A DNA stretch of 64,000 bases from Gammaproteobacteria bacterium. GTDB lineage: Bacteria; Pseudomonadota; Gammaproteobacteria; Steroidobacterales; Rariloculaceae. The notes below the pieces were generated by a model that did no database searches, was not told the DNA's origin, and was given only the letters and a program-made list of their open reading frames with translations. The stretch lies in the NCBI GenBank assembly GCA_022820625.1, contig JAJEFE010000147.1:89297-153296 (forward strand), read 5' to 3'. Of the stretch, positions 9,579 through 18,662 are shown piece by piece. Made by a program: the position numbers and the translations under genes. Each line of letters starts with the position of its first letter. Positions within the stretch are counted from its first letter, which is position 1.

Positions 9579-11315
9579 ATGATACGCAACTACCTTCCGG
9601 GAATTGTAATCGGCTTGCTGCTGGGAGGGACTGCATCGGCCCAGACCGTGGAGGAATTGGTGGCGCGAGGCGGCGAGTTGTTTCACGCGGACATCGGATG
9701 CCACGTTTGCCATGGTCCGAACGCCCAGGGGCTGGTGGGTCCCACGCTGCACTTCGGGCCCACGCCGGTGGACATCTTCGATCAGCTCGAAAGCAACCCG
9801 ATGATGGGCGTGATCGTCGCGGAAATGGATCCCAGCGACGCCGACCTCGAAGCCATCGCCATGTACATTCGCACCCTGGCGGACCTCCCGCCGGACCTTG
9901 GGCTGGTGGAGGGCTGGCGCACGGCGCTGGCGACGGTCAAGGCGAACCAGGCGCAGCAGTTGGAGTTCATGAAGACGCCGCGGGACCTGCAGGTGGAGGC
10001 CATCGAGACCTTTGCCTCCGTGCAGGAGACCTGGACCCGGCGGGCCAGGGAGGGCAACCTCACCAGCCACTACCAGACCGAGGTTATCGCCACGTTCGAT
10101 CCCGGCGAGCCCAAGTTCACGCCCGAGCCCGGCAAGACCTACTTCTACGAGAACGTGGGCACGACCAGTTCGCCGTCGGTGCTGTACGACGGCTACGTGC
10201 CGCCGCCCAGCAACCAGATCGTGGTCGGCGATGCCGAGACCAAGGAAATCATCGCCAGCTACATGTTGCCGGAGAGCCTGCGCGCGACGGTCCACGGTAC
10301 GGTCATGTCGCCCGACGGCCGCTACGTGTACATCATCGGTGCGAGGCCCGGGCAGGCGGACAATGAGCCCACGGTGAATTCGTCGGCGACGCTGATCAAG
10401 GCGGACGCCCTCACCCTGCAGCCCATCAAGCAATTCACCATCGGCGGGCGGATCCATCATGCGCAGGCTTTCCGCGATCTCGTGCTCGTCGACATGTTCG
10501 CGCGCGACCCGGACGGGCTCGGCGTCTTTCTGCTGGACCCGGAAACCGACGAGGTTGTCGGCGGCATCCGCGATGTCGACCTGGGCGGCTTTGCCTACAC
10601 TGCGTGGTCCGACAAGGACTACGAGTACATCTATGCGCTGGTTGAGCCCGCCGGTTACGCGCCGGGCCGCGCGACCGGCATGTTCGCTGCGGTGAGCATG
10701 TATCAGGGCCGGTTCACGGCCTTGCGCCCGTTCTGGATCGCCAAGATCGATCCGGACACCTGGGAGGTGCTGCGCGAATACCCCATCCCCGGCTATCGGC
10801 CCAACTGGCTCGTCGTGGATTCGGCCAAGGAGAACATGTACGTCATCAACTCGCTCTCCAATGCTGCCAAGATCAATATCGAAACAGGCGAGGTTGTCTG
10901 GACCAATGGCACCGGTATCGGTCCGTACGGCGCATCGCTCAACATCGACGAGACCGAGCTCTGGGTCGCGGACAAGGGAGAAGGCGCTCACCACCTGGGC
11001 CGCACCGTCACCATCATCGATACCCAGACCGGACATGCCACCGAAACCCTCTACGGCGCCTACAAGGTGGACCATGTGCTGCTTGACCCCACCGGCACGG
11101 AAATGTGGGCCACCAGCAACGGCGAGGGCCGCATCTACGTCTACGACGCCGAGTCCAGGGAACTGACGAACATCATCGACATGCCCGGCAACGGCGACGC
11201 CCACGGCCTCGTGTGGGTGCACTACGACGATAACGGCGAACCCCGCGTGGTTCGCGACCAGGGGAATTTCCACGGCGGCGTCAATCCCGTCCTGGGGAAT
11301 GCGCTGAATTTCTAG
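9579..11315 (+). CDS. Secreted monoheme cytochrome c + His-rich beta-propeller protein (copy 1)
   Basis: GAGGAG RBS, signal peptide (ASA-Q), CHVCH, NPMM candidate axial Met, propeller blades such as SPDGRYVY, IDETELWV, DPTGTEMW. Confidence 0.85.
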   Translation: MIRNYLPGIVIGLLLGGTASAQTVEELVARGGELFHADIGCHVCHGPNAQGLVGPTLHFGPTPVDIFDQLESNPMMGVIVAEMDPSDADLEAIAMYIRTLADLPPDLGLVEGWRTALATVKANQAQQLEFMKTPRDLQVEAIETFASVQETWTRRAREGNLTSHYQTEVIATFDPGEPKFTPEPGKTYFYENVGTTSSPSVLYDGYVPPPSNQIVVGDAETKEIIASYMLPESLRATVHGTVMSPDGRYVYIIGARPGQADNEPTVNSSATLIKADALTLQPIKQFTIGGRIHHAQAFRDLVLVDMFARDPDGLGVFLLDPETDEVVGGIRDVDLGGFAYTAWSDKDYEYIYALVEPAGYAPGRATGMFAAVSMYQGRFTALRPFWIAKIDPDTWEVLREYPIPGYRPNWLVVDSAKENMYVINSLSNAAKINIETGEVVWTNGTGIGPYGASLNIDETELWVADKGEGAHHLGRTVTIIDTQTGHATETLYGAYKVDHVLLDPTGTEMWATSNGEGRIYVYDAESRELTNIIDMPGNGDAHGLVWVHYDDNGEPRVVRDQGNFHGGVNPVLGNALNF

Positions 11316-11359
11316 GAGCCTGCGCGGATCCATTGAGGGAACTCGAAGAGCGCAAAAAG

Positions 11360-12361
11360 ATGTTCAGAGACCTCGCAATCGCCGCCGTCACTGCCGCCTT
11401 GGTGGCCGGCGCGTTCCATTTCCTGGATGACGCCGGCGAGTCTGTACCGCGGCCCGAACCCGAGGCCGCCGCCGCGCCCGAGCCGGCGGTCGACTTCCCG
11501 AGGACAGCCGACGGGCGGCCCGACTTCAGCGGCATCTGGCAGACCAACAGCACGGCGAACTGGGATCTCCAAACCCACGACGCACGTCCGATGGTCGCGC
11601 AGGCCGGCGTCTACGAGGACGTCCCGGTGCTCGCGGCGCCCGTCGTCGCGCTCGGCACGGTCGGCTGGGTGCCGCCGGGCCTCGGCGTCGTGGAGGGCGG
11701 CGAGATTCCATATCAGCCCTGGGCCGCGGAGCGCAAGCGCGACAACCAGGCGAACTGGCTTGACCGCGATCCCGAACTCGGCTGCTACATGCCGGGCGTG
11801 CCGCGCGCGATGTACATGCCCTACCCGTTGCAGGTCATCCAGGGCACCGACAAGATCATGATGGTGTTCGAGTTCGCCAACGCGCAACGCACGATCAATC
11901 TCGACGAGGTCGCCCCCTACCCGGGCGAGGCGTTCATGGGCTACTCGGTCGGGCGCTGGGAGGGCGATACGCTGGTCGTGGATGTCACCGACTTCTCGCC
12001 CTATACCTGGTTCGACCGGGCAGGCAACTTCCACAGCGACGCGCTGCACGTTGTCGAGCGCTACACGCCGATCGGCCCCAACGCGATCCGGTACGAGGCG
12101 ACGATCGAAGACGAGAAAGTCTTCACCCGCCCGTGGACAATCAGCGTACCGCTGCTGCGCCGCCTGGAGCCCGATGCGCAGATTCTCGACTTCAAGTGCA
12201 TCGAGCAGGCCGAGGAGACGATCTACGGGCACCTGCGCAAGGAGCCGCTCGTCGAAAGATGGGAAGGCGAGACGATGATCATCGACGTCACGCGCAAGAT
12301 TCCGCCGGAGGACGTACTCTACGAGCTGCTATGGTCGGGCAACCCGCCCGGGGAGCAATGA
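11360..12361 (+). CDS. Exported two-Cys 'GxSxGRWEGDTLVV' family protein (stand-alone DUF6152 partner)
   Basis: PRTADGRPDFSGIW, CYMPGVPR, GYSVGRWEGDTLVVD, VERY, FTRPW, FKC. Confidence 0.75.
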   Translation: MFRDLAIAAVTAALVAGAFHFLDDAGESVPRPEPEAAAAPEPAVDFPRTADGRPDFSGIWQTNSTANWDLQTHDARPMVAQAGVYEDVPVLAAPVVALGTVGWVPPGLGVVEGGEIPYQPWAAERKRDNQANWLDRDPELGCYMPGVPRAMYMPYPLQVIQGTDKIMMVFEFANAQRTINLDEVAPYPGEAFMGYSVGRWEGDTLVVDVTDFSPYTWFDRAGNFHSDALHVVERYTPIGPNAIRYEATIEDEKVFTRPWTISVPLLRRLEPDAQILDFKCIEQAEETIYGHLRKEPLVERWEGETMIIDVTRKIPPEDVLYELLWSGNPPGEQ

Positions 12362-12384
12362 TAATGACCGGGAGGATCGAGCCG

Positions 12385-12795
12385 ATGAACGCATCATGGT
12401 ATTTCGGAATTGCCGCCGCGTTGCCCTTGACCTTCGGCGCAGGGGCCGCGCAGGCACACCACGCGTTCGCGGCCGAATTCGACGCCAATCAGCCGGTGCA
12501 CTTTACCGCGACGGTCAAGCGCGTACGCTGGACGAATCCGCACACCTGGTTCTTCGTCGAGGTCACGCAGCCGGACGGCACCGTCGAGGAATGGGCCATC
12601 GAGGCCGGCACGCCCAACGTGCTCTACCGGCGCGGCTTCACGAAGGACTCGCTGGCCCCGGGGACGGAAGTCATCATCGACGGCTACCGCGCCAAGGACG
12701 GCTCGCGCCGGGCCAACGGCAGGGACATCACGCTGCCGGACGGGCGCACGCTGTTCATGACCTCGCCCAGGACCGGCGCGCCCGAAAGACCCTGA
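12385..12795 (+). CDS. Stand-alone secreted DUF6152-type protein
   Basis: GGAGGA RBS, signal peptide, AHHAFAAEFD, WTNPH, W..E.G.P, GTEVIIDGY.AKDG. Confidence 0.8.
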   Translation: MNASWYFGIAAALPLTFGAGAAQAHHAFAAEFDANQPVHFTATVKRVRWTNPHTWFFVEVTQPDGTVEEWAIEAGTPNVLYRRGFTKDSLAPGTEVIIDGYRAKDGSRRANGRDITLPDGRTLFMTSPRTGAPERP

Positions 12796-12799
12796 TCGC

Positions 12800-12889
12800 C
12801 TGACGCGCCGCACGCCGTCGCGCTGCACTCCGGCGCACGGTACTCTGACGCACCGCGCTCCAGCGCGCCGTCCTCCGGCACGCCGCGCT
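12800..12889. repeat. Degenerate 15-bp tandem repeat x6
   Basis: ctgacgcgccgcacg / ccgtcgcgctgcact / ccggcgcacggtact / ctgacgcaccgcgct / ccagcgcgccgtcct / ccggcacgccgcgct. Fills the gap between two convergent genes. Confidence 0.7.
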
Positions 12890-14003
12890 ATTCGACGTTG
12901 CCGCCCGTCGCGTTGTCCTGCGTTGCCGGGTCCGGGCCGTGCCCCTCCGCGAACGCCCGCTCCGCAGCCCGCGTATTGGCCAGCATGCCGATCATGCCGT
13001 AGTTGCCTTCGTGGCAGCCGCCCTCGAAGACCTGGTTCTCGTAGTCGCTGTTCTTCGTCAGCTCCTGAACCATCGTAAAAGGCCGCGTAAACGTGGTCGG
13101 GTCATCCACCGTGACTTCGTAGCGCAGCGTCTCGGCGTCGAGCCGGGTGAAGCGCTCGACCAGGTGCAGGTTCTCGCGCGAGCCGTGGAAGTTCGTCGTC
13201 TCGGTGAAGTTCCTGACGTCGACGACGAGCGCGTCCCCCTCCCAGCGGCCGCGCGCGTCGCCGTAGCGCAGGCGCATGGACGCCGGCAGGTGCGGACGGT
13301 CGGTGATCGGGACGATGCGCGTGAAGCCCTGCCCCTGGCCCGCGTCGTAATGTATGCCGAGCGCTTCCGCCGATTGCACGAGCCGCGCAACGCCGCCGAA
13401 GGTGCCCGACTCGAGCATGAGCGGCATGCCGTAGCCGAAACAGCGCTCGGTTCCGCTGCGGTCCTCGGGTCCGTCGGCGCGGTTGATTCGGTCGAGGTTG
13501 TAGTCGGGCGACGGCTCGCCGCGGCGCGGCGAGATGGGTCCGGGCCGCCCGCCCGACGTTCCCTGCAGCAGCGCCGCCAGGAACTCGGTCTTCTCCGCGA
13601 TCCGCGCCGCGGCTTCGGGGGTCAGCGGCGGGAGCCGGCCGTCGGGCGGGTCGACGATGAGCGACGTGCGCCGCCCCCGCTGCAGCGAAGGATCGCCGAA
13701 CCAGTGCTGGTTGTACGCCCGTGCGACGTCCCTCTCCGTGCCCGCAAACTCGCGGCCGTCGCGGCCCGGCCGCTGCGCCCGTTCTACAAGTTCCGCTTCG
13801 GCGGCGGCGATCTCCTCCTCGGTCAGAAATTCGCGCTCCCCGTATTCCCCGGGCCGCTGGAGCGGCGTGACGAAGGGATTGCTCCAGATGCCCGCGAGGT
13901 CGGGATCGCCCCAGGGCGTTCGGCTCTCTTGCCCGGCGGCCGGCGAACCGGAAAGCAGGGCGGCCGCGAGTACGCCCGAAGCAGCGAATCGGATAGATCT
14001 CAT
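12888..14003 (-). CDS. Secreted two-Cys 'GRWEGDxLVV' family protein (stand-alone DUF6152 partner)
   Basis: Signal peptide, RTPWGDPDLAGIW, IVDPPDGRLP, ERC, GDARGRWEGDALVVD, VERF, CHEGNY. Confidence 0.75.
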   Translation of the reverse strand: MRSIRFAASGVLAAALLSGSPAAGQESRTPWGDPDLAGIWSNPFVTPLQRPGEYGEREFLTEEEIAAAEAELVERAQRPGRDGREFAGTERDVARAYNQHWFGDPSLQRGRRTSLIVDPPDGRLPPLTPEAAARIAEKTEFLAALLQGTSGGRPGPISPRRGEPSPDYNLDRINRADGPEDRSGTERCFGYGMPLMLESGTFGGVARLVQSAEALGIHYDAGQGQGFTRIVPITDRPHLPASMRLRYGDARGRWEGDALVVDVRNFTETTNFHGSRENLHLVERFTRLDAETLRYEVTVDDPTTFTRPFTMVQELTKNSDYENQVFEGGCHEGNYGMIGMLANTRAAERAFAEGHGPDPATQDNATGGNVE

Positions 14004-14050
14004 CTCATGCTCCCTCAAGGTCTTCCGTGATCATAGCAACTCGGTGCAGC

Positions 14051-14127
14051 GGCATCCCGCGGCATCCCGCGGAGTCCCGGGCATGCCGGGGAGTCCCGGG
14101 TATTCGGCGGAGTCCCGGGTATTCGGC
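14051..14127. repeat. Minisatellite: 2 x 10 bp then 3 x 19 bp
   Basis: ggcatcccgc x2 (14051-14070), then ggagtcccgggcatgccgg, ggagtcccgggtattcggc, ggagtcccgggtattcggc; no spacers. Confidence 0.8.
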
Positions 14128-14211
14128 GCTGTTTGCCGGGGCGACGGTAACGTAATATCGGCGCCTGGAACAGCGATTGGGGCATTGGCGTGTCCTTCCC
14201 GGGAGACGAGC

Positions 14212-15285
14212 ATGGCGAACCGCAGAGAGTTTCTGAAAACCATCGGTGCCGCGGCCGGCAGCGCATGGCTCGCGGGTCGCGGGCTCGATGCAGGCGCTCA
14301 GTCGGCCCGCCGCGAGATCACAATCAACGGCCGCCGCGTCACCACCGTCGACATTCACGCCCACGCTGTGTTCCCGGAGTTGTCCGAGGTGATCGCCGGC
14401 ACGCCGCTCGACCGAAGCTTCCCGGACTGGCAGGTACTCGGACCTTCGCGCATTGAGGCGATGAACGAGCGCGGCATCGATTATCAGGCGCTGTCGATGA
14501 CGATTTCGGGCCACTGGTGGTATGGCGCGGACGAGGCGCTCGCGGACCGTATCGTGCGCACGGCCGATGAAGCCCTCGCCACCTGGGTCGAGCGGCACCC
14601 GGACCGCTTCGTCATGTTATCGTCTCCGGCGCTGCCCTACCCGGAGCTCGCCGCCGCGCAGCTCGAGTACGCGGTCACGCAACTGGACGCCCGGGGCGCG
14701 TGCGTCGGCGGCCAGGTCGAAGGCGAGTTTCCTTCAACCGTACGCTTCGATCCGTTCTGGGCGAAGTGCGAGGAGCTCGACGTGCCCGTCTTCATGCACC
14801 CTGCGCTCGGCGCGCCGAACCTCGTCATGGAGCACACGTTGCAGGGGCGCGGCGGGCTGTTCAATGTGGTCGGTGGCCCATTCGAGACGACGCTGTTTCT
14901 GACGCACATGATGTTCGACGGCACGCTGGACCGTTTCCCGGGGCTCAGGATCGTCGGCGCACACGGCGGCGGCTATCTGCCGTCCTATCTCGGCCGCACG
15001 GAGGTCGCCTGCGAGCGTTTCCCGGAGGATCCCTGCCTCAACACGAAGCAGCCTAGCGAGTACATGCGCACGCAGATCTTCGTCGACTCGATGGTGTTCT
15101 CGGAGGAGGGTATCCGGCATCTAGTCGAGGAGATGGGCGCGACACAGGTCGTCTATGGCACCGACATCCCGTTCCCGTGGCCCGAGACCATGCATCACAT
15201 CGTCGACTCGCCGAACCTGAGCGACGAAGACAAAACGCTGATCCTCGGCGGCAACCTCATGCGGCTGCTCCGCATCGAGGCGTAG
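14212..15285 (+). CDS. Tat-exported amidohydrolase_2 family protein (ACMSD/LigW-like fold)
   Basis: Twin-arginine signal NRREFLK, DIHAH, FMHP, AHGGGYLP, GTDIPF. Confidence 0.85.
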   Translation: MANRREFLKTIGAAAGSAWLAGRGLDAGAQSARREITINGRRVTTVDIHAHAVFPELSEVIAGTPLDRSFPDWQVLGPSRIEAMNERGIDYQALSMTISGHWWYGADEALADRIVRTADEALATWVERHPDRFVMLSSPALPYPELAAAQLEYAVTQLDARGACVGGQVEGEFPSTVRFDPFWAKCEELDVPVFMHPALGAPNLVMEHTLQGRGGLFNVVGGPFETTLFLTHMMFDGTLDRFPGLRIVGAHGGGYLPSYLGRTEVACERFPEDPCLNTKQPSEYMRTQIFVDSMVFSEEGIRHLVEEMGATQVVYGTDIPFPWPETMHHIVDSPNLSDEDKTLILGGNLMRLLRIEA

Positions 15286-15295
15286 GGACGCCGCC

Positions 15296-16474
15296 GTGTC
15301 CGAACCCTTTGTCATCGACAGGCAGCAGGCGGCCGTGCTCGACACCGTGCGCCGCTTCAATGCCGAGGTTGTCGCGCCGGTCGCCGCCGAGCTGGACGCC
15401 CGTGCCGACCCCGAAGAGAGTTTCTCCTGGGAGATCGTCGAGAAGGCCGACGAGTTCGGGTTGCGCACGATGACGCTGTCGGAGGACTGGGGCGGCGGCG
15501 GCGCGGACTGCGTGACGACTGCGATGATTATCGAGGAACTCGCCAGGGCCGACATCGGCATCTCGGTCGTCATGGCGCAGACGCTGAAGATCGCGCAGAT
15601 CCTCCAGTGGGCGCTGACGCGCGAGCAGCAGGAGAAGTTCATCCCGATCTTCCGTGATGACCCGCGGGGCGTGCTCGCGATCGGCATCAGCGAGCCGGAT
15701 ACCGGCTCAAACTACTTAATCCGGCAGGACGTGCCCTTTCACACCAAGGCCGAGAAGGTCGACGGCGGTTGGCGTATCAACGGCATGAAGCGTTTCATCT
15801 CCAACGGCAATCGCGCCGGCGTCTACCTGTTGTTCGCCCAGACCGCGGCGGACAAGTCGCTCTTCGACGGCTCTACCTGTTTCGTCATCGATCGCGGGCT
15901 CGAGGGTTTCACGATCGGCCGCGTGCACGACAAGATGGGCGAGCGCCTCGCGAACAACGCGGAGCTCATCTTCAAGAACTGCTTCGTGCCCGACGGGCAG
16001 GTCGTGGGCGAGGTGGGCAACGGCTTCCAGGTGCTCGTCGATTTCTTCCCCGCGTCGAACGCCTACGCGGCGGCGAGCGTGCTCGGCGCCGCGACTGCCG
16101 CCTATGAGCGCTCGCTTGAGTGGTGCCGCAATCGCGTACAGGGCGGCAAGCCGCTGATCGAGCACGACGGCATCAGGACACAACTGGCCGAGATGCACAT
16201 GCTGCTCGACGTCGCTCGCACCTACGTGCGCAAGGCCACCTGGATGGCCGATCACCGCGAGACCGCCTGGGACCCCGCGCTGTCCGCCTTCCCGAAAGTG
16301 TTTGCGTCGCACGCGGCGTGGAAGATCGTGACCTGGGCCGCTGAGCTGCACGGCGGATCGGGGTACATGAAGGAGACGGGTATCGAAAAGCTCGTGCGCG
16401 ACGTGGCAGCGTTCCTGCACTCTGACGGCGTCAATCGGACCCTACTGCTCAAAGCCGCGCAGATGATCTTCTAG
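15296..16474 (+). CDS. Acyl-CoA dehydrogenase family protein
   Basis: ISEPDTGS, INGMKRFISNG, DKMGER, R.QGGKPL, LHGGSGY. Confidence 0.9.
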   Translation: MSEPFVIDRQQAAVLDTVRRFNAEVVAPVAAELDARADPEESFSWEIVEKADEFGLRTMTLSEDWGGGGADCVTTAMIIEELARADIGISVVMAQTLKIAQILQWALTREQQEKFIPIFRDDPRGVLAIGISEPDTGSNYLIRQDVPFHTKAEKVDGGWRINGMKRFISNGNRAGVYLLFAQTAADKSLFDGSTCFVIDRGLEGFTIGRVHDKMGERLANNAELIFKNCFVPDGQVVGEVGNGFQVLVDFFPASNAYAAASVLGAATAAYERSLEWCRNRVQGGKPLIEHDGIRTQLAEMHMLLDVARTYVRKATWMADHRETAWDPALSAFPKVFASHAAWKIVTWAAELHGGSGYMKETGIEKLVRDVAAFLHSDGVNRTLLLKAAQMIF

Positions 16475-16574
16475 CCATGGCGAAAGTCCTCCTGCATGGG
16501 GTGGATGGCCGCTTGGCCAAAGACCGCCTGACTGAAGACTGCCTGGCCGAAGACGGCCTATCGACTGACGACGC

Positions 16575-17606
16575 ATGAAAGCACTCGTCCTGCATGCGCC
16601 GAACACGCCGTTCGATCGGACCGACGTTCCCGATCCCGTTGCGGGGCCGGGAGAAGCCGTCGCCAGGGTCTTTGCCTGCGGCGCCGGGCTGACGATTCAG
16701 CACTTCAAGGCCGGCCGCGTGCCGGCCGTGTTCCCGCGCATCATCGGTCACGAAATCTGCGCGGAGATCGTCGAGGCAGGCGCCGGCGTTACGTCGCTCG
16801 AAGTCGGTGACATCGTCACATCGTACTTCTATCTCAACTGCGGCCACTGCCGGATGTGCGTCGAAGACTTCCAGCCGCTCTGCGACAACTTCGGCGGTTA
16901 CGTGGGCCGCGAGATCGACGGCGGTTATGCCGAGTACATCAAGCTGCCGGAGCGGAACTTCATCCGCCTGCCGGACGGGCTCGACTGGCAGGGGCAGCCC
17001 GCGCATGTGGGCGTGGCAATGGACGCGCTCGCGACCCCTTACAAGGTGCTGCGCCACGCGAGAATCCGCGAGGGCGAAACCGTCGCCGTGTTCGGCGCGG
17101 GCGGCGGACTCGGCATCCATCAGGTCATGATGGCGCGATGGGCCGGCGCGCGGGTGATCGCGGTGGATACAAAGGCGTCAAAGTTCGAAGCGTGCCGCGA
17201 CGCCGGCGCCGACGAGGTCGTCGATGCGTCTGCGGTGGAAGTCGTCGAAGCGCTCCTGGAGCTGACGGGCGGCGCGGGCGTCGACGCCGCCGTCGACTAC
17301 GTGTCCGCGAAGAGCACGCTGGAAGCCGGCGCACGTGCGCTCGGCAAGCGCGGCCGGCTGGTAACGCTCGGAGGCGCGGGCGAGGCGTTCAGCTTGAGCG
17401 CGAGGGAACTCCTCTACAAGGAGCTCGCCGTCCTGGGCAGCCGCTACGTGACGCCGATGGAGATCCGCGAAACCTACGACCTCATGGCCCGCGGCGAGGT
17501 CTGGCCGATCGTGACCGAAATCCGGCCGATGGAAGAAGCCGAGCAACTGCACGAACTCGTCGAGAACGGCGAAGTAACAGGTCGGGCGGCGCTCAGGATC
17601 GCGTAG
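16575..17606 (+). CDS. Zinc-binding (MDR) alcohol dehydrogenase
   Basis: GHE motif, CGHCRMC..LC structural Zn site, GAGGGLG. Confidence 0.9.
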   Translation: MKALVLHAPNTPFDRTDVPDPVAGPGEAVARVFACGAGLTIQHFKAGRVPAVFPRIIGHEICAEIVEAGAGVTSLEVGDIVTSYFYLNCGHCRMCVEDFQPLCDNFGGYVGREIDGGYAEYIKLPERNFIRLPDGLDWQGQPAHVGVAMDALATPYKVLRHARIREGETVAVFGAGGGLGIHQVMMARWAGARVIAVDTKASKFEACRDAGADEVVDASAVEVVEALLELTGGAGVDAAVDYVSAKSTLEAGARALGKRGRLVTLGGAGEAFSLSARELLYKELAVLGSRYVTPMEIRETYDLMARGEVWPIVTEIRPMEEAEQLHELVENGEVTGRAALRIA

Positions 17607-17658
17607 ACTGTTGACGCGAATACAAGTCTTCAAGAATGCGCTACCGGGGAGGACAGCA

Positions 17659-18561
17659 ATGCCAACCAACGAATTATCCTGGTCACTCTTCCGATGTCTC
17701 GCGCGCCTCGTCCCGGCCAGCCTGCTGCTGGCGGCTCCCATGGCCGGATTGCAGGCGCAGCCCGCAGATTGGGTGGAGCCGTTCCCGGGACATCGGATCA
17801 TCGGGAATCTGTACGCGGTTGGTACCGCCGGCCTGGGCGTGTTCCTGATCACATCGGACGAGGGTCATATCCTGATCAACACCGGATTGGAGGACTCCAC
17901 GTCCCTTATCAGGGAGAACATCGAGTCGGTGGGCTATCGCCTGGAGGATGTGAGGATTCTCTTGACCATGCAGGCGCACTGGGACCACACGGCTGCGTTG
18001 GCGGAAATCAAGGAGATCGCCGAGGCCGAGATGTGGGCCACGGAGGGCGACGGCAGGGTGCTCGAGGACGGCGGTTTCAGCGACCCGCATTTCGGCGGCC
18101 GCGTGTCGTTCGAACCGGTGGAAGTCGACCGGATCATCAGCGATGGCGAGATCATCGAACTGGGGGACATTCGCCTGCTGGTTCACCATCATCCGGGACA
18201 TACGGAGGGCAGCTCCAGCTACTCCATGCAGGTGACCGAAGACGGCCGCGACTACAACGTCGTGGTCGCGAACATGGGCACCATCAACGACGGCAAGCGG
18301 CTGGTGGTCGATCCCACGTACCCCGGGGTGGCGGAGGATTTTGCGAACACCTATGCAAGCCAGAAGGCCATGGATGTGGACGTCTGGGTCGCTGCCCACG
18401 GCGGCCAGTATGGGCTGCTCGACAAGTACCAGCCGGGCCAGGCATACAGTCCGGATACCTTCGTCGATCCCGAAGGGTTTCTCGCCGAGGTTGAGCGACT
18501 TGAGCAAATCTACGAGGAACACATTGCGGCAGAGCGCGCCGAAGAGGGCCGCGCGGAGTAA
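17659..18561 (+). CDS. Subclass B3 metallo-beta-lactamase-like protein, Gln variant
   Basis: PFPGHRIIGNLYAVGT, GHILINTG, QAHWDH (Gln in place of the first His), HPGHT.G, VWVAAH; signal peptide. Confidence 0.85.
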   Translation: MPTNELSWSLFRCLARLVPASLLLAAPMAGLQAQPADWVEPFPGHRIIGNLYAVGTAGLGVFLITSDEGHILINTGLEDSTSLIRENIESVGYRLEDVRILLTMQAHWDHTAALAEIKEIAEAEMWATEGDGRVLEDGGFSDPHFGGRVSFEPVEVDRIISDGEIIELGDIRLLVHHHPGHTEGSSSYSMQVTEDGRDYNVVVANMGTINDGKRLVVDPTYPGVAEDFANTYASQKAMDVDVWVAAHGGQYGLLDKYQPGQAYSPDTFVDPEGFLAEVERLEQIYEEHIAAERAEEGRAE

Positions 18562-18602
18562 CGCTGCGGAATGTCGGCGCGGAGTAACGCCCTGGAATGG
18601 CG
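18551..18602. repeat. Imperfect 26-bp tandem duplication spanning the MBL stop codon
   Basis: gcgcggagtaacgctgcggaatgtcg / gcgcggagtaacgccctggaatggcg. Confidence 0.6.
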
Positions 18603-18662
18603 CCGGGCGAACTCGGCACCCTTTGCGCTGAAGCCACGATAACGAAAAAACTGGAGGGGAAC

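Noticed and set aside
9579-11315. Calling the cytochrome c-propeller proteins NirS/NirN or NosZ
   Set aside because: Only the first blade (VH...SPDGRY) resembles cd1 proteins. HDGG and HPGRG motifs, heme d1 genes, a CuA domain and nosDFYL are not present in the window.
14051-14127. Possible mini-CRISPR array
   Set aside because: The units are adjacent with no unique spacers, are only 10-19 bp long, and no cas genes are present.
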